In this document: positions 10,564 to 22,814 of the stretch, piece after piece | Numbering within the stretch: the first letter of the stretch is position 1 | How the letters are laid out: the number at the start of each line of letters is the position of its first letter | Assembly: GCF_902713615.1 (NCBI RefSeq) | Contig: NC_052158.1 | Coordinates: 35,009,990 to 35,073,989, forward strand | From: Scyliorhinus canicula | Lineage: Eukaryota | DNA length: 64,000 nt | Direction of reading: 5' to 3' | Notes under the pieces: model-generated | What the model was told of the DNA's origin: nothing | Databases searched by the model: none | Seen by the model: the letters and a program-made list of their open reading frames with translations, nothing else | Program-made: the position numbers and the translations under genes

Positions 10564-11190
10564 TGTGATGCGACCATCAATTCACACGAAACCAGGAGTA
10601 GAAGTAAACTGTGGCTTTAATCAACTAGAACAGCGCCTGCCTGCGACTGGTCTGCTAGTGGGAATCGCCTGCAGGGCGACTGCTCTTTATACCTCCCCTC
10701 AAGGGGTGGAGTGAGGGGCGGAGCCCACAGGCCCCAACATGCTACATCATAGGTAATACCATACAATGGTCCATAGGTGGAGCCCACATGGGAAACAGCG
10801 TAATACAGATAATCATATGGTGAATTGTTACAACAATACATTCACCACATTCACCCCCTGTTAAAAAAATGAAGTCCAGCAGGGGCGATGGGTTCATAAG
10901 TTCAGCCTGTCCGGCGCACGGATTGTGCGCTGTGAACTCCGAAGCTCTGCTGTTGCCGCTGGCCAGGGCGTCGAACCCGTCCGTGTTGGCATCGTTAGTG
11001 AAGTCGCCGGTGCGGGTACCGACGTGAACTCCGGGAGCATGTCTTCTGGAGCTTCATTCCTGTGGGTCGGTGAAGGAGGAATGGGGGGGGGGCGGGACGG
11101 GGTGGGGGTGCAGTGGTGGGCATCTGCAAGCTTGGGGTCGCGCCAATGCCAGGTCTGAAATGGGGAAATACTGAGCTGGTCGAAGGTGTC
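10564..11190 (-). mobile_element. Gypsy-like LTR retrotransposon 3' fragment (integrase tail, PPT, LTR at 10564-10849)
   Basis: Minus-strand LTR TGTGGTGAATG...GCATCACA, preceded by purine tract AGGGGGTGAA. The minus ORF ends LRSSQRTIRAPDRLNL*, typical of a Gypsy pol tail. Confidence 0.75.
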
Positions 11191-11361
11191 CCGCAGCGTG
11201 GGCCACCCAGTCTGTATTTGGTCTCTACAGCATAGAGTAGGCCGTGCTGTGGGCAGTGAAAATGGCACACTGAATCTGAAGGGGTACATTTACTTTGCGA
11301 TGGGTGAACCTGCACCTACGTCTTCCCTCTCGACTGAGCGGGCCATTCTGTTCTTTTCTAG

Positions 11362-11646
11362 CCTTCGGGACAAAGCCAGGTTTGTCGATAACGCAGTCCG
11401 ACGAGAACGTCGTCGCTTACGCTTGCCAGTCTGAGGGTTGGTACCCCGAACCTGGCATCACCTGGAAAGACGGCTTCGGAAACAGCCTGGTGCCACTGTC
11501 CACAATAACCAAAGTGAGAGACGAGCAGGGACTGTACAATGTGGACATCCAGTATCGGACAACTGATAGCGTTTCATCCACTGTGATCTGTATCATCTAC
11601 AACAAACTGGGCAATGTCAAGGAGATGTCGACTGCACATGTAATAG
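11362..11646 (+). CDS. Butyrophilin-like gene, IgC exon (95 codons, phase 1-1)
   Basis: Acceptor ttcttttctag, donor G|gtcagt. YACQSEGWYPEPGITW...GLYNV...VICII matches the BTN/B7 C-domain pattern and is in frame with any V exon. Confidence 0.92.
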
Positions 11647-11729
11647 GTCAGTGATTGCAACATTCAAAGCTTAACAGTAGTTTTTTTTTTAAATGTTAAG
11701 TTATTAAAAATAATAATTACATGTGAAAT

Positions 11730-12235
11730 GGGGGCAGAATGATGTCATTCAGCCCCTCGGATCTCCATCGCCATTCAGTAAGATCACAGCTGATCTATTG
11801 GTATTTCAAGCTCCACATTCCCATCTACCTCTCAATAACCTTTGATTCCTTTCTACAATCGGAATCTATCTTCCTCCACCTTAAAATTATTCAGTGACTC
11901 CGCCTCCGCCTCCACCTCCTTCTGAGGCAGAGTTCTAAAATCGCACAATTCTCCGAGAGAACAAAAATCTCTTCATCTCTGTCCTAAAAGAGTGACCCCC
12001 CTCATTTTAAAATAGTGCCCCCCTGATTCCGGACTCACCCACTAAGTGGAACATTCCTTTCCATGCCCACCTTGCGGAGACTGGTCAGTATCATATACAC
12101 TTCAATCAAGTCACCCCCTCACTTTTCTAAACTCCAGTGGAACAAGCCCAGTCTGTCCAACCTTTCCTCCTAAGACAACTGCTGATTCCAGGTATCAGTC
12201 TAGTAAACCTCCTCTGAACTGCCTCCAATGCATGT
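11730..12235 (-). mobile_element. CR1-like LINE 3' fragment
   Basis: Reverse complement resembles the CR1 3' region at 13612-14225 and 52000-52550. Confidence 0.6.
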
Positions 12236-12359
12236 AAATCACATGTAAATTGTCTGTTCCTGAAGTGAGGAGATGTGTTGGCTGTGTTTCAGGCCCTGCA
12301 TCAGCATTGAGCACAAACAGGTCAAATATAATATGACCTTAAATACTGTTACACAAATT

Positions 12360-12606
12360 GCCCCATCAAACACGCCCAGGACAGGTACAGCTCGGGGTTA
12401 GATACAGAGTAAAGCTCCCTCTATATGTCACTATCAAACATTCCCAGGACTGGTACAGCAGGGGGTTAGATACAGAGTAAAGCTCCTTCTACACCATCCT
12501 GCTCGGGGTTATATACAGAGTCAGGCTCCCCCTACACTGGCTCCATCAAACACTCCCAGGACAGGTACAGCTCGGGGTTATGTACAGAGTCAGGCTCCCT
12601 CTACAC
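12360..12606 (+). repeat. Degenerate tandem repeat with ~65-bp unit
   Basis: Recurring cccaggacaggtacagctcggggttagatacagagtaaagctcc. Confidence 0.8.
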
Positions 12607-12945
12607 CAGGGGTGGGCAAACTTTTCCGTGCAAGGGCCACATTCAGAAATTCACAATTTTAAAGGGCCGCATAGTATATTAAGTAAAATAATTACTTAAC
12701 CCGGTTATGATTCTGGGCGCCTCATATAGGACATAGAACAGTACAGCACAGAACAGGCCCTTCGGCCCTCGACGTTGTGCCGAGCAATGATCACCCTACT
12801 CAAGTCAACGTATCCACCCTATACCAGTAAGTAACCCAACAGCCCCCCCCATTAACCTTAAAAAAAAATAATAAAAAATTAAAAAAAAAAAAAAAATTTT
12901 TTTTTTTTTTAATGACTTGGTGGGCCGCATAAAGACCTTTGGCGG
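12607..12945. mobile_element. Truncated hAT-like MITE with a nested retroposon tail
   Basis: One TIR-like end, caggggtgggcaaactt. The matching end was not found. Confidence 0.5.
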
Positions 12946-13611
12946 ACGGCAGATTGTTTTAAAACCCCATCTGGATCTCTAATGTCCCCTGAAAAGCCGA
13001 GAAATCTGCCGTCCTTACCTGGTGAGGCCTACTTGGTGACTCTGGGCAAACAGCAATGAACAGAAGGACAATGCAGCAGCACATAGGAAAACTGCCACCT
13101 GGAAGTTCCCCTCCAAGCCACTCACCATCCTGACCGTTCCGTCACTGTGGCTGGGTCAATATCGTCTAACTCCCTCCCTAACAGCACAGTGGGTGTACAT
13201 CACATGGACCGCAGCACCACCACCTTCTCAAGGGGCAATTAGGGATGGGCTTAGCCAGTGACGCCCACGTTCCTGCAAATTAATTTTTTTCAAAGTGGCT
13301 CACTCTTAATTACCCTCCGAAAAGGCTCCATGAGACACCCAGTTTGTCAAACCACTACAAGGCCTATTCGCTGGGTACCAATGTGGCAAATGTTATTGTG
13401 GAGCAAAAAAATTAGCTAGCACGCTCCCGATTTCGACCTTTGCCTGCTCATGGGTTGGCAACGCAAATTGCTACCTGTCCTATTCCGTATCAACAGTGAA
13501 TGTTGAGTTATCGACCTTTGTGTGAGGCGTGGAAGCCCACGTCCATTAGGTTCCGTGGGTGACTGGGATGTGTTGCTGCGCCCCTGGAGGTGACTGAAAG
13601 AATAGCAGCTG

Positions 13612-14225
13612 CTTCATTCCCCTTGAGTACAAGAGTCAGCAGGTCATGTTACAGTTGATATGACTTTGGTTAGGCCACATTTGGAATACTGCTTGCAGTT
13701 CTGGTCGCCACATTACCAGAACGATGTGGATGCTTTAGAGAGGGTGCAGAGGAGGTTCACCAGGACGTTGCCTGGTATGGAGGGTGCTAGCTATGAAGAA
13801 AGGTTGAGTAGATTAGGATTGTTTTTGTTGGAAAGACGGAGGTTGAGGGGGGACCTGATTGTGGTCTACAAAATTATGAGAGGTATGGACAGGGTGGATA
13901 GCAACAAGCTTTTACCAAGAGTGGGGGTGTCAGTTACAAGGGGTCACGATTTCAAGGTGAGAGGGGGAAAGTTTAAGGGAGATGTGCATGGGAAGTTTTT
14001 TTACACAGAGGGTGGTGGGTGCCTGGAACGCTTTGCCAGCGGAGGTGGTAGAGCCGGGCACGATAGCATCATTTAAGATGCATCTAGACAGATATATGAA
14101 CGGGCGGGGAACAGAGGGAAGTAGATCCTTGGAAAATAGGCGACAGGTTTAGATAAAGGATCTGGATCGGCGCAGGCTGGGAGGGCCGAAGGGCCTGTTC
14201 CTGTGCTGTAATTTTCTTTGTTCTT
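13612..14225 (+). mobile_element. CR1 LINE 3' fragment
   Basis: ORF LVRPHLEYCLQFWSPHY...LERVQRRFTR...RGDLI is the CR1 ORF2 C-terminus. Tail ends (gttctt)n. Confidence 0.9.
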
Positions 14226-14324
14226 GTTCTTTGTTTGCCAGAGGGGTGCGGGGGCCTCAAGGCATCAACATCACCGGAGGCTTGGCAAAAGGAGCTTATT
14301 AATTCTCTCTTTAAACGTTTTCAG

Positions 14325-14363
14325 ATTTTCTTCCGCACGCTCAGTTTCGTGTGAGTGAGGCCG
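14325..14363 (+). CDS. Butyrophilin-like gene, 39-nt exon (DFLPHAQFRVSEA, phase 1-1)
   Basis: Acceptor ttttcag, donor G|gtaaga; preserves the frame between IgC and the 27-nt exon. Confidence 0.7.
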
Positions 14364-14465
14364 GTAAGATTTGTTTTCGTCCCCTGATTTAAAAAAAAAC
14401 TCTGTCTTTGTGTTCACCAGCCTCAATATTGACCCTTGGCCACTGTCACATATTTTCTTTTGCAG

Positions 14466-14492
14466 AATGGAGTAGAATTCGCAGTTTCCAGG
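14466..14492 (+). CDS. Butyrophilin-like gene, 27-nt pre-B30.2 exon (EWSRIRSFQ)
   Basis: Acceptor ttttcttttgcag, donor G|gtaagc. A 27-nt phase 1-1 'EW...' exon immediately before B30.2 is typical of BTN genes. Confidence 0.85.
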
Positions 14493-15031
14493 GTAAGCGG
14501 ACAGTGCAGGAACGGAGTGAGGTACTGGGGAGGTTTTGCTGTGAGTTCCCAACACACACACACACTGCTCGGGTGAAGAAAACTGGCCAGGCCTCAAAGG
14601 AGCAGGGCAAATGGTAGCAAAGTGGTCATATTACTGGACTAGCGAGTCAGAGGCCTAGACTAATGACCTACAGACATGAGTTCATGACTAAATGAAGGAA
14701 AAACTCAGCTGCGACGCCTCCGTAAGTTGAAGAGTCTCCTAACGTTCGCTGTCCGAACTCTCATGCGGCTGACCGAAGGGGAGAGTCCAGCTTAACCGGT
14801 CTGCACAGCGGAGAAAGCGAGGGTAGCTATCAGAGAACCAATTGGAAATGCGTTTCCAAAGAATGTAATTCTGCAATAACTACCGAAGTATGTACAAGTC
14901 TACCTCGTAGACCTGTGGCTCTGGTGTTGGCCTCCAAGGCCAGATGCCAAATTGTAAATTATGCTTCAATTGTACAAAGCCTTGGGCAGACCCCACCTGG
15001 GGAACTAGATTCAGTTTTAGGAACGGTATAT

Positions 15032-15250
15032 ATTTAAAAAAATTTAGAGTACCCAATTCATTTTTTCCATTTAAGGGGCAATTTAGCATGGCAAATCCAC
15101 CTAGCCTGTGCATCTTTGGGTTGTGGGAGCGAAACAACAAGGGGAGAATGTGCAAACTCCGCACGAACAGTGACCCGGAGCCGGGATCGAATCTGGGACC
15201 TCGGTGCCGTGAGGCGGCAGTTCTATCCACTGTGCCACCGTGCTGTCTTA
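15032..15250 (-). mobile_element. tRNA-SINE, short A-tailed type
   Basis: Same family as 2614-2845. Similar copies at ~18420-18645, 32412-32635, 36885-37108 and 41003-41190. Confidence 0.8.
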
Positions 15251-15839
15251 GGGAGGGTATATTGACGCAGGTTCACCAGAAAGGTGGCAGGGTGAAAAGG
15301 GTTCAATGATGAGGACAGGCTGCAGGAACATCTGTTCCCCCGACTTCAGAATGCTGAGATGTGACCTCCATAGAATCCCTACGGTGCGCAAGGAGGCCAT
15401 TCGCCCCATCAATTCTGCACCAACCCAACTGGAAGAGCACCCTACCTAGGCCGACTCCAGTGCCCTATTCCCAAAACCCCACCTAACCTGCACATCTTTG
15501 GACTGTGGGAGGAAATCAGAGCACCCGGAGGAAACCCACACAGACACGGGGAGAAAGTGCAAACTCCACACAGTCCCCCAAGGTTGGAATTGAACCCGGG
15601 TCCCTAGCGCATTGAGCAACAGTGTCGAGAGGATTCGAGTGGAAGGATAGTTTGCAACAATTTGCTCGGGTGGACAAGTTAAGAACAAAGGGCGATTGAG
15701 TTAAAACATTGATTTGGGATGTTCAGGAGGGAAATCGGGAAGCGCATTAGCTCACAAGAGGAGAGCAGAAATCTATAAATTGTTTCCTCAAAATGCTGTG
15801 GACGCTAGATTTGGGGGGGGGGGGGGTGGGGGGAGAAAC

Positions 15840-16540
15840 ATAGAAACTGGGAAAAAGAGTGGGCCATTCTGCCCTTTGGACCTGCTCTGCTGTTCATTAT
15901 GATCGTGGCTGATCCTCCATCTCAAAGCCATATTTACGCTTTCTCCCCATAACCCTTGATGCCGTTAAAATTTAAACAAAATCGATCTCTTTCTTGAACA
16001 CTTTCAGTGTTTTGGCCTGCACAGCCTCTAGTGATAGAGAATTCCACAGGTTCACCATCCTCTGAGTGAAGAAATGTCTCCTCATCTCAGTCCTGAATAG
16101 TCTATCCTGTATCCTGAGACTGTCCCCTGGTTCTAGATTTCCCCAATCAGGAAAAACATCCTCCCTGCATCTAGTCTGTCCAGACCAGTTAGAATTTTAG
16201 ACGTTTCAATCAGATCTCCTCTCCTCCTTCTGAACTCCGGTGAATAGAGGCCCATTCGAACCAATCTCTCCTCATAGGACAGTCACGCCAACCCCGGTAT
16301 CAGCCTAGTGAACCTCCGCTGCACTCCCTCTGTGGCAAATACATTCTTTCTGAGGTGGGAGACCATAACTGCACGAAATACTCCAGGTATGGTCTCACCA
16401 AGGCCCTGTATAACTTCAGTAAGATATCCCTAATTCTGAACTCAAATCCTCTCGCAATGAAGGCCGCCATACCATTTACCTTACTAATTGCTTGCTGCAC
16501 CTGCCTCTCCACTTTCATTGACTGGTGTACAAGGGAACAG
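15840..16540 (-). mobile_element. CR1 LINE 3' fragment
   Basis: Minus ORF LLKLYRALVRPYLEYFVQLWSP. Confidence 0.85.
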
Positions 16541-16645
16541 TTGAAGTTTTAAAGACTATTCATCGATAGATTTCTTTCCTGAATTGGAGTTAAATTAATT
16601 GTTTGTTTATCTCTCTCTCCCCCCCCCCCTCTCTTTCCATTTCAG

Positions 16646-17258
16646 TTTCTTTGACTCTGGATCCAGACACAGCGAATCCTTGGCTCATCCTGTCAGACGG
16701 GGGCACCAGCGTGTCGGACAGTAACGAGCGGCAGCATCTCCCTGAAATCCCAAGAGGTTCCTGGTCAGTCACTGTGTGCTGGCCTCTGGGGGCTTTGCCG
16801 CAGGCAAGCACTACTGGGAGACGGAGGTGGGCCATAAGGACACCTGGGACCTGGGCCTGGCCAGCGAGACGGTCAGTAGGAAGGGCAAGGTCAAAGGGGT
16901 GCCCGGGGCTGGGCACTGGAGCCTGAGCCTCAGCAAGACGGAGTACCAGGCTGTGGACTCGCCACCCCGGGCCTTGCCGCTGGGTCAGAACCCGACAGTG
17001 GTTGGCGTTTACCTCAACTACGAGCGGGGACAGGTGTCCTTCTTCGACGCGGGGGGCCAGCTGCACCTGTATACCTTCGCTGTCAACTTCACCAAGAGGC
17101 TGTATCCCTTCTTCTGCCCGGGATTACACAACTGGCAGAAGAACGCTGAACCCCTCCATCTTCGCAACCGCAAGCCATTGAGAATGGAACCAGGGTGGAT
17201 GTTGTGGAATGATGCAAGGTTGAGTGGAGGGGGGTCACATGCGGGAGTGCGAGCCTGA
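16646..17258 (+). CDS. Butyrophilin-like gene, terminal B30.2 (PRY-SPRY) exon with a 1-bp frameshift at 16745-16747
   Basis: Acceptor ccatttcag. VSLTLDPDTANPWL...LPE in one frame, VLASGGFAAGKHYWETEVG...VGVYLNYERGQVSFFD...LYPFFCPG in the next. One extra A restores LPENPKRFLVSHCVLASG and the correct length. Confidence 0.88.
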
Positions 17259-17507
17259 ATATGCTTCTTTGCTCTTGAGATAGGTGAATGTGGTGTATAA
17301 ATATGTAAGTCTACTTGGTAGACCTGTGCCTCTGGTGATAGCTTACAAAGCCAGATGCCATGTTGCCCTGTCCCATTCTAGCTGGGTGGGGGGTTTGCCG
17401 GGGGTTCCATTGTATAGGGCTTTGGGCAGACCCCGCCTGAACTAGATAAAGTCCAGGGCACTGCACCTTTAGGAACGGTATATTGATGCAGGTTCAGTGA
17501 CGTTGCC

Positions 17508-17800
17508 CCATCACAGTGGTTAGCACTGTTGCTTCACACCGCCAGGGTCCCAGGTTCGATTCCCCACTGGGTCACTGTCTGTGCGGAGTCTGCACGTTCT
17601 CCCCATGTCTGCGTGGGATTCCTCCGGGTGCTCCGGTTTCCACCCACAAGTCCCGAAAGTGCTGTCAGGTAATTTGGAGACTGAATCCTCCCTCTGTCTA
17701 CCCGAACAGGCGCCGGAGTGTGGCGACGAGGGGCTTTTCACAGTAACTTCTTTGCATTGTTAATGTAAGCCTACTTGTGACAGTAAAGATTATTATTATT
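17508..17800 (+). mobile_element. tRNA-SINE with (TTA)n tail
   Basis: tRNA-like head; ends gtaaagattattattatt. Similar copies at ~46800-47103 and ~58250-58752, the latter with a nested minus-strand SINE at 58368-58710. Confidence 0.85.
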
Positions 17801-19297
17801 TCCCTCCTGGGCAGAGAAGTCCCAGTCACAGTCCTGCTTCTTTCCCAGTAAGCTACTGCAACAACTTGCGTTTACATCGTCACCTTGAATTCAGTTAGAC
17901 ATCCCAAGATGCATCACTGGAGAGCAATCCTGAGCCACATCTAGAGAGAGATTAGGACAGCTTGATCAAAACAAAGACGTTTTAAGCAGCATCGCAACCA
18001 AGCTGTGGAGAAGGACCTGATCGTTGTTTTCCAATACTCCATGACCTCCACCCACCCCTATCTCTGTAATCTCCTCCAGCCCCACAACCCCTCCCAGAAT
18101 CCAGTTGCTCGAGCGTTCACCATTGGCGGCTATGCCGTCAGCCAACTGGGCCCACAGCATTGGGATTCCCTCCTCTGCACCTCTCCACCACCCAAAACCT
18201 ACCCCTCTGACCAGCGCTTATGGTCACGTGTCCTCGACTCTGCTCACGTCAGTCATTGTCAGCCATCTGCCCGAGTTGTACTGCTATAAACCGCTTCGGG
18301 ACATTCAAACCTGCTGTTGGGGGGGGGGGGGGGGGGGGGGAGCGCTGTTTGATTACAAGTTGTTGGCTCACGCTGAAGATATTGCGAAACAGATTATATA
18401 TTTCCTTGCCCCATAGCTTTTTAAAAAATAAATTTAGAGTATCCAATTCATTTTTTCCAATTAAGGGGCAATTTAGCGTGGCCAATCCACCTAGCCTGTA
18501 CATCTTTGGGTTGTGGGGGTGAAACCCACGCAAACACGGGGAGAACGTGCAAAGTCCACACGGACAGTGACCCAGAGCCGGGATCGAACCTGGGATCTCA
18601 GCGCCGTGAGGCTGCAGGGCTAACCCACTGCGCCACCGTGCTTTTGCCCCATAGCTATTGTAACAAGAGGTTGTACAGTGCAGTGGGGAGCGTCAACACC
18701 TCGATTCCTGCTTCAGGATCTGATGGCCAAGGAAGATGCGTTCATAACGTGGTCAAATGGGTCGAATATCCACCTGAACATCCTTCCTTAATCCCGGGAG
18801 TAGAACTGTTGCCTACGGCGCTGAGGATCCAGGTTCGATCCTGGCCCTGGGTCACCGTCCATGTGGAGTTTGCACATTCTCCCCGTGTCTGTGTGAGTCT
18901 CAATTCCACAACCCAAAAAGATATGCGGGGTAGGTGAATTGGCCCTCAATTTAAAAAAAAACACCCTTCCACTATGCCTGACGGTAAGCGGTAAAGAATT
19001 GGAGAGGTTCTAGGTTAACCATACTGCAGCAGGTACAGGCAAACAACCGCTGTACGTTGCCAAACATAAACCACTGACTATTCCCCTGGGGGAGGGGGCC
19101 AGGAACCAAATACCCCCTCTTAGGCCACAGGATCTGAAGGCTCTTTGTTAATGCTTTCGCCCCGGAGCACCGCTGGTAGGTGACGGGAATCAGGGGTACT
19201 TTCCGAGCGCATGTTTCCTCGGCCTGTTGGGGAAAGAAATCCCGGTGTGGATCTGGGACGTGGACCTGAATGTCGTGCTGCAAACAGGCGAGAGAGT

Positions 19298-19384
19298 GAC
19301 TCACCTGATGAAGGAGCTACGCTCCGAAAGCTAGTGATTCCAAATAAACCTGTTGGACTTTAACCTGGTGTTGTAAGACTTCTT
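19298..19384 (+). mobile_element. Penelope-like terminal remnant with intact minimal hammerhead motif (19298-19340)
   Basis: GACUCAC CUGAUGA A GGAGC-UAC-GCUCC GAA AGCU A GUGAUUC, followed by caaataaacctgttggactttaacctggtgttgtaagacttct. Confidence 0.75.
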
Positions 19385-20524
19385 TCAGGTTTCCCCATAA
19401 AAAGGGCTCGAGCTTCCCAAATTGGAATGTGCTGGCTCAAGGTGAGCAATGTGTTTTGATTTGTATTGAGAATTTAGCCTAATTTCTGACAGGTGCTGTT
19501 TCCTATTGGCTTGAGCTCAGTGATGTCAATGTCTTGCAAATAAACAGTAGCTGGGCACAGTTGGCAAGTGAATTTGTTGTCTTTTTTCCTCTCGAATGTT
19601 CTTCGCTCCTCTAGGAGCAACAACTCTGACCTCAGTAACAGCCTCCCCCCACCTCACCATCTTGCACCCGAGCCTTGAAAGCACTCACCCAAGTGGTCCA
19701 TGCTTCATGATTCTGCGCGAGGAAGGCTATTCAACCGCAGCAGGAAACGCAGATGACATCGCAGAGCTGTGTCACATAAGCATCCGAGCTGGGTTGCGTG
19801 CACACACCTCAACCAATTGACACACAGGCATCTCGACCGGTGACCAGAACGGGACAGTCCTCAAATGACAGGTACACACTGATAACATCATGAACAATGG
19901 AAAGATAAACCTTCTCTCAGAATCAAGTGAGCAACAGGTGAAGAGTCCCCAACATGCCCCACCCCCACACATCACCCTCTCCGCCACCCCGCCCCACCCA
20001 TGACTCATCAAAACCCCTCCCAACATGCCCCACCCTCACCCTCGCCACCACGCCGCCACCCATCAACCCCCGCCACCCATCCCTCCCGCCACCCATCACC
20101 CCCACCACCACCCCCATTAAAATCTTTACCATTGACCAGGACCGACTACCTCAAATGAACAAACAGGTTAGGAGCAGGAGGAGGCCACTCAGCCCCTCCA
20201 GCCTGCTCCGCCATTCAATACGATCGCGGCTGATGAGTGTAAAGCCAACCCCACATTCCTGCCGACCCTGATAACCTTTCACCCCCCCGTGCTAATGAAG
20301 AATCAATCCAGCTCGGCCGTAAAAATATTCAAAGGTTCTGCTTCCACTGCCTTTTGAGGAAGAGAGTTCCAAAGACTCACCACCCTCAAAATAAATTCTC
20401 CTGGTCGCCATCTTAAATGACCGGTCCCTTATTTTTAAACAGTGACCCTTCCCCTCGTTCTAGATTCTCCCACAAGAGGAAACATCCTCTCCACATCCAC
20501 ACTGCCAATACCCCTAAGGGCCTT

Positions 20525-20955
20525 TAAAAAACATTTTTTAAAAATAAAAGAGTACCCAATTATTTTTTTTCCAATTAAAGGGCAATTTAGCATGGCCAAT
20601 CTAGCATGGCCAATCCAGCATGGCCAATCCACTTATCCTGCACATCTTTGTGTTGTGGGGGTGAAACGCACGCAGACACGGGGAGAATGTGCAAACTCCA
20701 AACGGACAGTGACCCAGGGCCGGGATTCGAATACCAATTATTTTTTTCCAATTAAGGATTCGAATACCAATTATTTTTTTCCAATTAAGCAATTTAATGT
20801 GGCCAATTCACCTAACCTGCACATCTTTGGGTTGTGGGAATAAAACCCACGCAGACACAGGAGAATGTGCAAACTCCACGCTGACAGTGACTCGGGGCCG
20901 GGATCGAACCTGGGTCCTCAGCGCCATTGGTAGCAGTGCTAACCACTGTACCGCC
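20525..20955 (-). mobile_element. Tandem, stuttered SINE dimer
   Basis: Two SINE bodies, with agcatggccaat repeated three times and a duplicated gattcgaataccaattattttt block. Confidence 0.75.
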
Positions 20956-21202
20956 CCTTCCCGCTCAGGATCTTAAGAGTTTTGATCAAGTTACCTCTCA
21001 CTCTTCTGAACTCTAGTGGATACAAACTATCCACTAGAGTTTGTAGTGGATCTCCAACAAATCCTCATAAGACCAACCAGCCAACAGCTGATGTTAGTCC
21101 AGTATGCCTTATACCTTCTATGAACTGCTTCTAATGCATTTATATGTTCCCTTAAATAAAGAGAACAATACTGTACACAATCCTACAGATGTGGTCTTTA
21201 CC

Positions 21203-21805
21203 ATAGAATTTACAGTGCAGAAGGAGGCCATTTGGCCCATCGAGTCTGCACCGGCTCTTGGAAAGAGCACCCTACCCAAGCCCACACCCCCACCCTATAC
21301 CCATAACCCCACCCAACACTAAGGGCAATTTTGGACACAAAGGGCAATTTTTCATGGCCAATCCACCTAACCTGCACATCTTTGGACTGTGGGAGGAAAC
21401 TGGAGCACCCGGAGGTTAACCCACACACTCACGGAGAGAACTTGCAGACTCCGGACAGACTGTGATCCAGCCGGGGATCACCATGCCCTGTGAGACCCTA
21501 TTCTTGCCAACAAGTGGTTAGCACTACTGCCTCACATGGTTCCATTCCGGCCTTGGGTGACCCTGTGGAGTTTGCACTTTCTCCCCATGTCTGCTTGTTT
21601 CTCCTCCGGGTGCTCCGGTTTCCACCCACAGTGAAAACATGTGCAGATTTGGTGGATTGGACACACTAAAATTGCCCCTCAGTGTTCAGGGATGTATAGG
21701 TTAGGTGGGTTATGGGAATAGGGTGGGGGAAATGGGCCTGGGTGGGGTGCTCTTTGAGGGTCGGTGCACACTCGATGGGCCCAATGGCTGCTTTTTGGAC
21801 TGTAG
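21203..21805. mobile_element. Head-to-head SINE pair (- ~21203-21475, + ~21512-21805)
   Basis: Two SINE bodies in opposite orientation. Confidence 0.7.
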
Positions 21806-22814
21806 GGAAGCTGTGAGTCTTCAGTTCCCCTTACAATAAACGATAACATTACAGGATGGCTAGAAGTGTAGGTTAGAGTCAGGAGATTTTGACCACTGGC
21901 TTCCTACGCTGTCACGCACCGCTCGATGATCTGCAAGGTACGAGCCCGGGCTGCGGTTTTTTAAATACTCTTCACTCAGCTGGATGAGTTACAGTCGGAG
22001 CCGGATATTATTGAGGATAGAACAGAGCGTGTGACAATCCCGCCACTCAGCCTCCATTGCCAGTGGTGGGGACGACCCCCGTGTGTGTTACCGACTGCAG
22101 CAACTCATCAAGGTGACTTTGACAGTCTGCTTCCTCAGACATCCCCACCCTCCCTCTCCCCCAGCCCCTGGGCATTGTTGAGAAGGGAAAAAGTAGAAAC
22201 CGAGGAAACATCCTCTAAAGTTCGAAGTTCCAGAACAGGCCAACTTGCACACACAGCAACCCCCCCACCCACACAAACACATGCTCCCCCACATGGTGCC
22301 CGATAGTCCCATACAAAATTAACACCAACGTGTGCCAACCCATTCACAAAGTGAATCCACCAGGTTAACCCACACTGGTGCACATTCTCTCCAACACGGG
22401 ACCCAGAACCTGGAAGCAAAACCTGGGAAGGGGGAGGTCGAGGCTTGAGGAAGGGGTGGGAGGGCATTGTGGTGGCGCAGCGGCAGCAGCAGTTTGGGGG
22501 GGGGGGGGGGGGTATGTTTTCCTGAACAGGTTAGATCGTTAAAAATCAATAACAGAATCAGAGTCATAGTGCTGTGCTCAACCTGGAATAACATTGACAA
22601 TAATCACTGTTTGCGTAGAAGCCGTGATACATTTAATCATGATGTAATGCAGATCATTACAATCGAGACTGTAAGAAAGGGGCCCAGGGGAGGAGGGGGA
22701 GTGAAGGTGATGGAGGTTAACCAATTTTACAGGGGCCGGGGGAGGGGCGGTGAGGATACAAGCCCCAGCAGGTTTCAGGGACTAGGAGGGGAGGGGTAAG
22801 TGTTGGGCTGGAGG

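Noticed and set aside
12266-12320. Possible small exon (ag...GPASALSTN...gt) as the missing stalk/TM exon
   Set aside because: Not hydrophobic, weak donor (gtcaaa), and its phase does not fit the downstream phase-1 exons.
13320-13610. Unique intronic stretch checked for a TM exon
   Set aside because: No frame gives a 20-residue hydrophobic run between plausible splice sites.
18972-19304. Unique segment with a 110-aa minus ORF and a faintly Gag-like plus-strand reading
   Set aside because: No recognisable motif and in-frame stops; a translated search would be needed to say more.
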